DNA of 64,000 nucleotides. Origin: Planctomycetota bacterium (GTDB taxonomy: Bacteria; Planctomycetota; Planctomycetia; Pirellulales; Pirellulaceae). A program made the translations under genes and the position numbers. Shown in pieces: positions 56,363-64,000 of the stretch. The notes beneath the pieces are model-generated. The model saw nothing but the letters and a program-made list of their open reading frames with translations, was not told where the DNA came from and did no database searches. The DNA lies in NCBI GenBank assembly GCA_046051705.1, contig JBJONT010000049.1:4470-68469 (forward strand), read 5' to 3'. Position 1 is the stretch's first letter, and the number at the start of each line of letters is the position of its first letter.

Positions 56363-57043
56363 TTAGCGATCGGGTTTGTCCGGTGCTCGATTCTCTTTAC
56401 GATAATCCCAAGGTGCTTGAGGATTGTCGGTTCCCCAAAGGCCAAGTTTCTCTTTTTTTGCTTCGATTTCCAAGTCCGCAAGTTTTTTCGACTGATTGTA
56501 ACGCTTGAAATGCCAAGCATTTCCGGTCCGTATCATCTCGGAGTTGATGTGCTTGTCCTCCACGTAAACCTGCGCAAGTAAACGTTCGAAGTTGTCCTTC
56601 TTTTGCCAAGTCACTTTGACTTTCGAAGTTCCGAGCATTTTTTGAAGGGCTTCGGCGGACTCTTTGCCAAAGGTTTGTTTGAGCTCAGGGGCGTCCGTCC
56701 CTTCGATCTGTATTTCGTATTCCATTCCATCCGTCGTGCGGACTTTGATGGAATCTCCATCGATTACTTTAGTGACATCTCCCTCAATCGCTTCCTCTTT
56801 TACCGGTGGTTCGGCTTGCGGTTCAGTTGCCCGATCGCCCTGCTTTTCTTTCGCTACGGGCTCTTGGCCAAAGGCGTTTTGACCGATGCTCGGTTGAAGA
56901 ATCGCCCAGGTGTTCCGCGCCGATTCGCCCATCGAGTTAGGGAGCAATAAACTTTGTGTTTCGATGAAGAGATTGGTCAACGTGTAGAGGATCAGCAATC
57001 GAGTGACCAGAGACCACTTCAAGGGAGTCTGTCGTGCCTGCAT
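56363..57043 (-). CDS. Exported thermonuclease (SNase-like) family protein
   Basis: VTKVIDGDSI, IEGTDAPELKQTFG, DNFERLLA, GNAWHF and GLWGTDNPQAPWDYR. Confidence 0.9.
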   Translation of the reverse strand: MQARQTPLKWSLVTRLLILYTLTNLFIETQSLLLPNSMGESARNTWAILQPSIGQNAFGQEPVAKEKQGDRATEPQAEPPVKEEAIEGDVTKVIDGDSIKVRTTDGMEYEIQIEGTDAPELKQTFGKESAEALQKMLGTSKVKVTWQKKDNFERLLAQVYVEDKHINSEMIRTGNAWHFKRYNQSKKLADLEIEAKKEKLGLWGTDNPQAPWDYRKENRAPDKPDR

Positions 57044-57112
57044 GACGGAAGGTTCCTAGCGGGGAAAGTTGGTTGTGGGGATGTAGTTCGTGCTGAAAAA
57101 GTTGTCGGAGTA

Positions 57113-57147
57113 TGCAATACTATGACTGCAATACTATACTGCAATAC
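57113..57147. promoter_or_regulatory. Triple direct repeat TGCAATAC, possible operator
   Basis: Copies at 57113, 57127 and 57140 between divergent genes. The function is inferred only. Confidence 0.35.
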
Positions 57148-57272
57148 GGTACTGGCGAATTGAACCGTTGGGGGAATTATATCCCCAGGTGATTCGGCGG
57201 TCGGAAGCAGTACGGATGTGCAAAGCCAAAATGCAGAAATAGGCTTCCCAAGGAAAGGAACCAGAACAAGCA

Positions 57273-58394
57273 GTGTCTAGCGAGTTAAATCCGGGGGATT
57301 CCAAATCAAAGGTGACGTTGCCCGAGCCTGATGCTGCGGCTTTGGCCTCTCGTCGGCTTATGACTCGCGATGCTTCCGATGGTTTTAGTTATCACGCTCC
57401 ACAAGGCTGGAGGGATGTGAGAGCTTGGCTGATCAGTTGCGTGCTGCACACCGGCACCTTGTTGCTGCTAGCGGTCTTTTTTCAGCCTCGTTTGAAGGGG
57501 ACTGGCGATCTGTTGGATCGGCCGGTCGGAATCGCTGTCTTCCATCAAACCTCCTCCGGTAGCGTATATGAACTGAGCGCCTCTGAAGCATCCGGTGGGG
57601 AGGATTCTGCGGATGCGCCGAATGCCGAAGCGTCGGCAAGTCCTCGCTCTACGGATGCACCGGTCGATGTATCTGAATTGACCAAAGATCTTTTGGACTA
57701 TCAAACGAAAACGGTAGGAACGCCATCGACGGATGGGGCTGTGCAAAGCTTGGCCAATGGAGTGAGCAGTGGGCTTTCGAAAACAGGTACTGCCACAGGC
57801 GGTTCAAATTCATCTGGACTTGGAGCCGGCGGCAGCGGCAAAACAACGGCAAGCTTCATGGGACTTCGAGGAACGGGGGCAAATTTTGTCTATGTACTGG
57901 ACCGTTCGGCTTCGATGGACGAATTCGGTGGAGCTCCCATGCAGTTCGCTAAGAGCGAACTGATGAAAAGCATCGCTTCTTTGTCCGAACGCAATCAGTT
58001 CCAAGTTGTTTTCTACAACGATTCTCCTGGGTCACTAAGCCCCGCAACCACTGGCGGAAAATTGCTTGCGGCGAACGACACGAACAAAGAAAAAGCCTCT
58101 CGGTTTGTCAGAGCGATTCGGCCGCTCGGGGGTACGGAACATATTCCCGGACTGAAGATGGGATTATCCTTTGGCCCGGACGTGTTGTTCTTTCTAACCG
58201 ATGCTGCGGAACCAGCGATGACTGAATCCCAATTGATTGAAATACAGACTCGCGCAGAGCGAGCGATGACCACCATACACACCGTTCAGTTCAATCGCGG
58301 GCCTGCTCCAAACGACGGTGGCTGGATCCGTGAGCTTGCCGAACGAAACCGCGGTACTTACCGCTATGTCGATATCACTGATTTGGAACGATAG
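57273..58394 (+). CDS. Membrane-anchored vWA-domain protein
   Basis: TM WLISCVLHTGTLLLLAVFF, Gly/Ser linker, and MIDAS elements VYVLDRSASM, GGTEH and FFLTD. Confidence 0.75.
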   Translation: MSSELNPGDSKSKVTLPEPDAAALASRRLMTRDASDGFSYHAPQGWRDVRAWLISCVLHTGTLLLLAVFFQPRLKGTGDLLDRPVGIAVFHQTSSGSVYELSASEASGGEDSADAPNAEASASPRSTDAPVDVSELTKDLLDYQTKTVGTPSTDGAVQSLANGVSSGLSKTGTATGGSNSSGLGAGGSGKTTASFMGLRGTGANFVYVLDRSASMDEFGGAPMQFAKSELMKSIASLSERNQFQVVFYNDSPGSLSPATTGGKLLAANDTNKEKASRFVRAIRPLGGTEHIPGLKMGLSFGPDVLFFLTDAAEPAMTESQLIEIQTRAERAMTTIHTVQFNRGPAPNDGGWIRELAERNRGTYRYVDITDLER

Positions 58395-58399
58395 AACTT

Positions 58400-59029
58400 A
58401 TGACCAACGTCATCGAACTGCATCACCCACTTGCAAAACATCATCTAGCAATCCTGCGTTCCTCGCAGACAACCCCTGCGTTGTTTCGTAATCAAGTTCG
58501 ATTGCTGTCGATGCTACTGGCGGTTCGTGCCACCGAGGAGTTAACCCTCAGCACAATCGAAGTGCAAACACCTTTGGCAATCACACGCGGTGGACGATTG
58601 GCACAAAGAATCGCTATCGTTCCAATTCTGCGAGCCGGACTCGGGCTCGTCGAGCCTGTTCTCGAACTGCTTCCTAATGCCGAAGTCTGGCACTTGGGAA
58701 TGTACCGCGATGAAGCGACCGCTCAGCCGGTGGAATACTACAGCAAACTACCTGCTACAGACCCCGCACATGTCGGATTTGTACTCGATCCGATGCTCGC
58801 AACAGGTGGCTCAATCCGAGCCGCCGTCTCAGCGCTGAAGAAATGGGGCGTTCGCGATGTGCGGATCCTAAGCGTGATCGCTGCCCCTGAAGGAATCGAA
58901 GCCATCACGTCTGAGCATCCCGATGTAACGATCTATGTCGGTGCAATCGACCAAGAACTTAACGAACACAAGTTCATCGTGCCTGGACTCGGAGATGCGG
59001 GCGATCGTATCTTCAATACGTCCCGTTAA
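58400..59029 (+). CDS. upp: Uracil phosphoribosyltransferase
   Basis: VPILRAGLGL, GMYRDE, LDPMLATGGS and IVPGLGDAGDRIF. Confidence 0.97.
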   Translation: MTNVIELHHPLAKHHLAILRSSQTTPALFRNQVRLLSMLLAVRATEELTLSTIEVQTPLAITRGGRLAQRIAIVPILRAGLGLVEPVLELLPNAEVWHLGMYRDEATAQPVEYYSKLPATDPAHVGFVLDPMLATGGSIRAAVSALKKWGVRDVRILSVIAAPEGIEAITSEHPDVTIYVGAIDQELNEHKFIVPGLGDAGDRIFNTSR

Positions 59030-59033
59030 CTTT

Positions 59034-59107
59034 GCTGTGCTACCGCGACACCGTTTTAACGGGCTGCCGTGTTACCGCGCTGCCGTATTTAAGGGGCGCC
59101 GTGTTAG
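59034..59107. repeat. Exact 16-bp-period array (5 units, alternating A/B types)
   Basis: GCTGTGCTAC 59034, ACCGTTTTAA 59050, GCCGTGTTAC 59066, GCCGTATTTA 59082 and GCCGTGTTAG 59098. Confidence 0.65.
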
Positions 59108-59180
59108 TTTCCTGACTTAAGCTCCCTGCCTAGTTGGTATGGTGCCAAGTGCGTTCACTCAGAAGGACAATCGAATACTC

Positions 59181-60899
59181 ATGCGAGATCCAAAACAACT
59201 TCGCTCTCACCGTTGGTTTGGACCCGATGATCTGCGTAGCTTCGGTCACCGCTCGCGGCTTAAAGGGATGGGGATCGATGACGCAGACTTCCAGAATCGG
59301 CCAGTCATCGGAATTCTCAACACTTGGAGCGATCTGAATACTTGCCATTCACATTTCAAAGAGAGGGTCGAGGAAGTTAAGCGCGGGGTCTATCAGGCTG
59401 GTGGGTTCCCGGTGGAAATACCGGTGATGAGCTTAAGCGAAATGCTCATGAAACCAACCACCATGCTCTATCGCAACCTGTTGGCTATGGAGACCGAAGA
59501 AGTCTTGAGATGCCATCCGGTCGACGCTGCTGTGCTCATGGGGGGATGCGATAAGACGGTTCCGGCGTTGTTGATGGGAGCTATCAGTGCTGATATTCCA
59601 AGTCTGTTTCTGCCGGCAGGTCCAATGCTCAAATCCTACTGGCGAGATGTCACGCTCGGCAGTGGTACCGACGCGTGGAAGTACTGGGCAGAGCGGTGCG
59701 CTGGGAATTTGTGCGATTCGCAATGGAAGGAAATCGAAACGTGCATCGCTCGCTCGGCGGGAACTTGCATGACGATGGGAACCGCCTCGACCATGGCTTG
59801 TATCGCTGAAGCTCTTGGATTCACTTTGCCGAAAGCTAGTTCCATACCCGCTGTGGTTGCCGAACATAGCCGATTAGCCGTCGCCTCCGGACGCATGGCT
59901 GTCGAACTGGCTTGGAACCAAACACGCCCTTCGAAGATCCTCTCGCAAGGATCATTTATAAACGCGATCGTTACGCAGTTAGCGATCGCAGGGTCAACCA
60001 ATGCGATTGTGCATGTGATCGCGATGGCCCGACGTGCCGGATTTCCCGTCACCCTCGATGATTACGATCAATGGTCTCGCCGCGTACCTGTTCTTGCAAA
60101 TCTTCGTCCAAGCGGCAAATACTTGATGGAAGATTTTCACCTAGCGGGAGGACTTCCAGCTCTCTGGGCCGAACTTCAAGATCTGCTTGATGTTTCGACC
60201 AAGCAGATCGACGGCAAGACAATAAACGATTCGATCCAAGAAGCCATCACGGTCGATCGCGATGTCATTCGACCTCGAAATCAACCACTTTATGAACACG
60301 GTGGTACTTGTGTCTTGCGAGGAAACCTTGCCCCGGAAGGTTGCGTGATCAAGTCCTCGGCAAGCGCACAAAATCTCCTTGTGCACCGTGGACCAGCCGT
60401 TGTATTCGAGAACTACGCGGATTTAAAACGGCGAATCAACGATCCCGAGTTGGCCGTAACCGCAGATTCGGTCCTTGTGCTTAAAAACGGTGGGCCGTTG
60501 GGAGCACCAGGCTTTCCTGAATGGGGAATGTTACCCATTCCGGAGAAGCTCTTGAAGCAAGGGGTTCGCGATATGGTTCGGATCTCCGATGCACGCATGA
60601 GTGGTACAAGCTACGGGACATGTGTTCTGCACATCTCTCCCGAATCAGGGGCCGGCGGCCCATTGGCTTGGGTCCAATCTGGAGATACTATCGAACTCGA
60701 TGTCCCCGGGCGTCGTATCCATCTTGACGTTTCTGAGGAAGAGCTTCAAAGACGCAAAGCTGCTTGGCAAGCCCCCGCGCCGCATGCGACGCGAGGATAT
60801 TTGAAGTTGTATGCCGAGCACGTGACCCAAGCTCACTTGGGATGCGATTTTGATTTTCTTGAAGGAAGCGATCCGGGGCGAGAACCCGATATCTTCTAG
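59181..60899 (+). CDS. IlvD/Edd-family sugar-acid dehydratase, L-arabinonate dehydratase-like
   Basis: LRSHRWFG...SFGHRSR, NTWSDLNTCH, GGCDKTVP, CMTMGTASTM and SDARMSGTSYG. Likely start 59181. Confidence 0.85.
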   Translation: MRDPKQLRSHRWFGPDDLRSFGHRSRLKGMGIDDADFQNRPVIGILNTWSDLNTCHSHFKERVEEVKRGVYQAGGFPVEIPVMSLSEMLMKPTTMLYRNLLAMETEEVLRCHPVDAAVLMGGCDKTVPALLMGAISADIPSLFLPAGPMLKSYWRDVTLGSGTDAWKYWAERCAGNLCDSQWKEIETCIARSAGTCMTMGTASTMACIAEALGFTLPKASSIPAVVAEHSRLAVASGRMAVELAWNQTRPSKILSQGSFINAIVTQLAIAGSTNAIVHVIAMARRAGFPVTLDDYDQWSRRVPVLANLRPSGKYLMEDFHLAGGLPALWAELQDLLDVSTKQIDGKTINDSIQEAITVDRDVIRPRNQPLYEHGGTCVLRGNLAPEGCVIKSSASAQNLLVHRGPAVVFENYADLKRRINDPELAVTADSVLVLKNGGPLGAPGFPEWGMLPIPEKLLKQGVRDMVRISDARMSGTSYGTCVLHISPESGAGGPLAWVQSGDTIELDVPGRRIHLDVSEEELQRRKAAWQAPAPHATRGYLKLYAEHVTQAHLGCDFDFLEGSDPGREPDIF

Positions 60900-61160
60900 G
60901 TTTTGTAATTTTCCAGGTTTTCCATCGTTTCCTGCCGGCATTTGGCCAGCCAATTAAATCCGTAGCTATCGTTATTTACTGCGGGATCCTGCAAGGGTTA
61001 GCGGTATCCGGCGGGTATTTGAAGTGTTTGTGTGATTTTTCTCTCAAATTTCAGGGGAGAGAGCTTGGCGTGCGACTACTGAGGCGTTGGCTCTGCCGCA
61101 CGGCAAAACCAGCATTTGTAAGCAGTATTTGGGAAAGTGTTAGCTTCGGGCACCTTGGAA

Positions 61161-61679
61161 ATGAATCAGGCGAAGATCGATTGGGGGACGACACTCGAAT
61201 TGCATCGAGGTTGGCTCTCTACTGTCATCCGATCTCGTCTGGCGGACCGGGATGCGGCAGCAGATGTGATGCAGGAAGTGGCTTTGGCCGCTGTGCGTCA
61301 AGCGAATCCACCGAGCGATCCTGAAAAGATCGCACCGTGGCTTTATCGCATCGCACTTCGCAAAGTCATCAATCATCACCGAGCTCAAGGGCGAGGAAAG
61401 CAGTTGGTGCGGGGGGTTATCGAGAAGGGCGAAGTCCGCTCGAACGATCGCGAACCAGCACCGGGTGCTTGGCTGCTCGGCCAAGAGGATCAAGCGTCCC
61501 TTGCGAGTGGATTAGCGAAGCTTTCTGCTCAAGACCGTCAGATATTGCTGTTGAAGTACACCGAAGGTTGGGGCTATGAAGCTCTAGCGAGGCATTTAGG
61601 TATCACGGTGAAAACGGTTGAATACCGATTGCTCAAAGCGCGACGGGCACTCCGAGCTCAGCTTTCTGCGATTGAATGA
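61161..61679 (+). CDS. ECF (sigma-70 group 4) sigma factor
   Basis: Region 2 DVMQEVAL...WLYRIALRKV. Region 4 LLKYTEGWGYEALARHLGITVKTVEYRL. Confidence 0.9.
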   Translation: MNQAKIDWGTTLELHRGWLSTVIRSRLADRDAAADVMQEVALAAVRQANPPSDPEKIAPWLYRIALRKVINHHRAQGRGKQLVRGVIEKGEVRSNDREPAPGAWLLGQEDQASLASGLAKLSAQDRQILLLKYTEGWGYEALARHLGITVKTVEYRLLKARRALRAQLSAIE

Positions 61680-61697
61680 TCGGTTCATCATGCGGCG

Positions 61698-62510
61698 GTG
61701 CCGCAAAAAGGTTTTGAAATGTCTCCACTCCAGCGACAACGATTAATCGATGGCGAACTATCGCATATCGAGCGCTCTGACCTGTTGGCTTCGCTCGGAA
61801 ATGACCCAGGGCAATGGAAATCCCTTGCATTAGCCGCCCTCGAAGAGCTTGTATGGGTTCAGCAGTTGCCAAAAACCACATCGCTCATCTCGGACCTTAG
61901 TGCCAACTCTGCCCTTGATTCCCGCTCTGTCTCGGATTCCAACTTGGTGGACCAAAGTGTCAGACTTGGCGAAAACGCCGAGAGCACTTTGCGGCCCGCG
62001 AGCGACGAAGCACCCTTGAAGGTGCGATGGTCTCATATCATGGCCTTTGCTACCGCCGCTTCTGTTCTTTTCGCCGTCGGTTGGTTCGCAGGTAGGCAAC
62101 CAATGTCGTGGAATGGCGCCCAGGATTTGGGCGGAACCTTTTATTCGTCCAGGAGGCCGCCGGTAAACCTAGATGCGAATTCGCAATTTGGTTCAAGTGC
62201 CAGTTCCCCTTCGCAAAATGAATTGGCTTCAAGCACCGGGCTTGTCGAACAGAGTCAAAGTCCCATGCGGATGCGCATGGTCGGGGCAAATCAAATACCA
62301 CGCGAAATTCCTTTGCTCGACGCTAAAGATGTCGATCCGAATTTGGTGCTTGCAAACGAAGCGATCGAATTCGCAAAATTGAATCAGCAGTTAAAAAGAA
62401 AGGGGTATCAGCTCGATGTCCAACCGCAATACTATTCCGGCAACCTTGATGACGGTCGCAAAGTGATCGTCCCTGTCCATAACGTCTCGCTCAAACCATA
62501 CGGGCTCTAA
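61698..62510 (+). CDS. Putative anti-sigma factor
   Basis: Directly after the ECF gene. N-terminal RLIDGELS...W, a single TM (AASVLFAVGWFAG) and a periplasmic tail. Confidence 0.62.
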   Translation: MPQKGFEMSPLQRQRLIDGELSHIERSDLLASLGNDPGQWKSLALAALEELVWVQQLPKTTSLISDLSANSALDSRSVSDSNLVDQSVRLGENAESTLRPASDEAPLKVRWSHIMAFATAASVLFAVGWFAGRQPMSWNGAQDLGGTFYSSRRPPVNLDANSQFGSSASSPSQNELASSTGLVEQSQSPMRMRMVGANQIPREIPLLDAKDVDPNLVLANEAIEFAKLNQQLKRKGYQLDVQPQYYSGNLDDGRKVIVPVHNVSLKPYGL

Positions 62511-62543
62511 TTGCCTTGTATTTGTCTTAATCCAATGTTTCGG

Positions 62544-62571
62544 TCGATCAGATCGATACTGTAAATTTACA
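62544..62571. promoter_or_regulatory. Two adjacent palindromes upstream of the PDZ gene
   Basis: TCGATC-A-GATCGA at 62544-62556 and a perfect TGTAAATTTACA at 62560-62571. Confidence 0.3.
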
Positions 62572-62601
62572 ACGCACAATCAGCTTTCAGTTTGTTTTAG
62601 C

Positions 62602-63948
62602 ATGTTCACAAGAGGATCATTCAGAATGAAAAAGAATTTCATGGTTCGAAACGCATTGCTCTCTACCCTTGCCTTCGCTTCTGCGTCACTCGCCAGCGAG
62701 CAGCTTCGGGCCGAAGACCCACCGCAGTCGACGAAGACTCAAGTCGTTGTCGTCTCATCCGACGATCACTCTACCGAAAACATGATGAAGAAGCTTCGCG
62801 AACAGCTCAAGGATCTACCTGAAGAGCAACGCGACAAGATTCTCGCTCAAGTTGAAAAGAGCCTTGAGCAAGCCATGAAAGGTCATGGAGCTCATGGAGG
62901 TGAGAAGCATGGTAAGGGCGAACAGACGACTGTAACCAAGACTCAAACGGTTGTCGTTAACGCTGAAGCACTTGGAAAAACGGGTAAAGATGGACAGCCC
63001 AAAGTGGTCAAGGGCCAACGGGTTATGGTTGTTCCCAAATCTTCAGATGCCAAGGATGGAAAATCCGACGGTAAAGAAGGCACCGTGACGATTACGCTTG
63101 TCGATGGAGGCAAGGGTGGCGATGGCAAAAAGATCCAGGGTTTTAAGATTCTTGAAGGTGGCAAGATCGAGGGAATGAAGCCACTCGTCGTGCAAGGCCA
63201 ATCGCTTGAGGGAGGACGGTATCAGTTCCAAATCGCCGAGGATGCTGAGGATATCGAGGAACTCAAGAAGCGAATTCCAAAGATGCTTCAAGAGAAATTG
63301 CTCGACGGTCAAGTACGCGAAGTGCTATTAGCACAACAAGGACCATCGTACCGAATCGGACTTGCAATCGAACAGTCAACGAATGAAGAAGGAGACGAGA
63401 AGTCCAATCGTGGCTTGGTCGTCGAGCGAGTCATGGAGGATTCCCCAGCCGGTCAGGCCGGCATCCTCGAAGGGGACGTGATCGAGTCGATCAACGGAGA
63501 GAAGGTTACTGCTTTCACAAGTTTGCAAGAAGCCGTGCAAGCGGCAGGTAAGGCTGACGAAGCGATCAAGTTGGTTATAGATCGCGACGGTAAGGAGATC
63601 ACGGTGAAGGTCAAGCCGACCAAATTGGAAGGTACGGAGGGTGGTCTGAATTTCTTGATGGCTCCTCAAGCGGGAAGTATCGTTTCCGGGGATGACATCG
63701 CCAGTATGAAGTCAGGTGTATTCACGTTCGGTGTACCGTTGCCAAACATGAATCCAGAAGCAGGAGCCGCAGGTATTGCTGCGATGCTGCCAGGAGTCGC
63801 TGTTAACGGAGAACTCAAGAGCGAAATCGAAGCGTTGCGCAACGAAGTCTCCGAGCTCAAGGGGATGATTAAGAAGCTCCTGAAGAAGGTCGCTGAAGAG
63901 CACGATGAAGATGAAGATGACGATTCCGACGAAAAAGGTGATAAGTAA
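62602..63948 (+). CDS. Exported PDZ-domain protein without a protease domain
   Basis: Signal peptide, YRIGL...VERVMEDSPAGQAGILEGDVIESING (PDZ), a C-terminal coiled coil and an acidic tail. Confidence 0.8.
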   Translation: MFTRGSFRMKKNFMVRNALLSTLAFASASLASEQLRAEDPPQSTKTQVVVVSSDDHSTENMMKKLREQLKDLPEEQRDKILAQVEKSLEQAMKGHGAHGGEKHGKGEQTTVTKTQTVVVNAEALGKTGKDGQPKVVKGQRVMVVPKSSDAKDGKSDGKEGTVTITLVDGGKGGDGKKIQGFKILEGGKIEGMKPLVVQGQSLEGGRYQFQIAEDAEDIEELKKRIPKMLQEKLLDGQVREVLLAQQGPSYRIGLAIEQSTNEEGDEKSNRGLVVERVMEDSPAGQAGILEGDVIESINGEKVTAFTSLQEAVQAAGKADEAIKLVIDRDGKEITVKVKPTKLEGTEGGLNFLMAPQAGSIVSGDDIASMKSGVFTFGVPLPNMNPEAGAAGIAAMLPGVAVNGELKSEIEALRNEVSELKGMIKKLLKKVAEEHDEDEDDDSDEKGDK

Positions 63949-63959
63949 CTTGGATTGGA

Positions 63960-63995
63960 GGCATTAGGCATTAGGCGGCAGGCATTAGACATTAG
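63960..63995. repeat. 7-bp tandem repeat (GGCATTA)
   Basis: GGCATTA GGCATTA GGCGGCA GGCATTA GACATTA after the PDZ stop codon. Confidence 0.7.
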
Positions 63996-64000
63996 CCCAA

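Noticed and set aside
54454-57043. Nuclease plus phosphoesterases as an anti-phage defence system
   Set aside because: The nuclease has a signal-like N-terminus, no ATPase, sensor or cyclase partner is adjacent, and the context is not island-like.
57180-57215. SRP RNA-like string (CAGG...GGAAGCAG)
   Set aside because: The spacing and GNRA-capped helix of SRP domain IV are not present.

Overview
Gene-dense chromosomal window from a planctomycete, probably Pirellulaceae-like. The assignment is inferred from DUF1549/DUF1553 plus DUF1501, a PVC-type heme-binding protein, a sulfatase and a PQQ-like propeller. It holds about 50 CDS and one tRNA-Gly(CCC). Housekeeping genes include lysC, rph, upp and xseB. 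There is a partial flagellar export block (divergent fliG, fliH, fliI, fliJ, with no fliF), a TPR-ExbB-ExbD-alpha/alpha-barrel operon, a small amino-sugar glycosylation cluster, scattered sugar-acid catabolic genes and an ECF sigma/anti-sigma/PDZ module. I saw no integrase, transposase, cas gene or CRISPR array. The most notable unexplained signals are: (1) TonB-like (S/A)xxxH membrane anchors on an alpha/alpha-barrel protein behind exbBD and on a vWA protein; (2) a strictly 17-bp-phased GTAG/REP-like array at 7881-8288; (3) a ~150-nt structured RNA candidate at 56194-56342; (4) an FHA-class III cyclase with Asp at the ATP-specifying Lys position; (5) a MurE-like protein lacking several catalytic residues; (6) paired inverted hexamer arrays at 48713-49182; and (7) many short exact-period intergenic repeats. 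All protein calls are from motif recognition by eye and no database searches were run. Several starts were moved to a downstream ATG where the ORF-track start looked over-extended.
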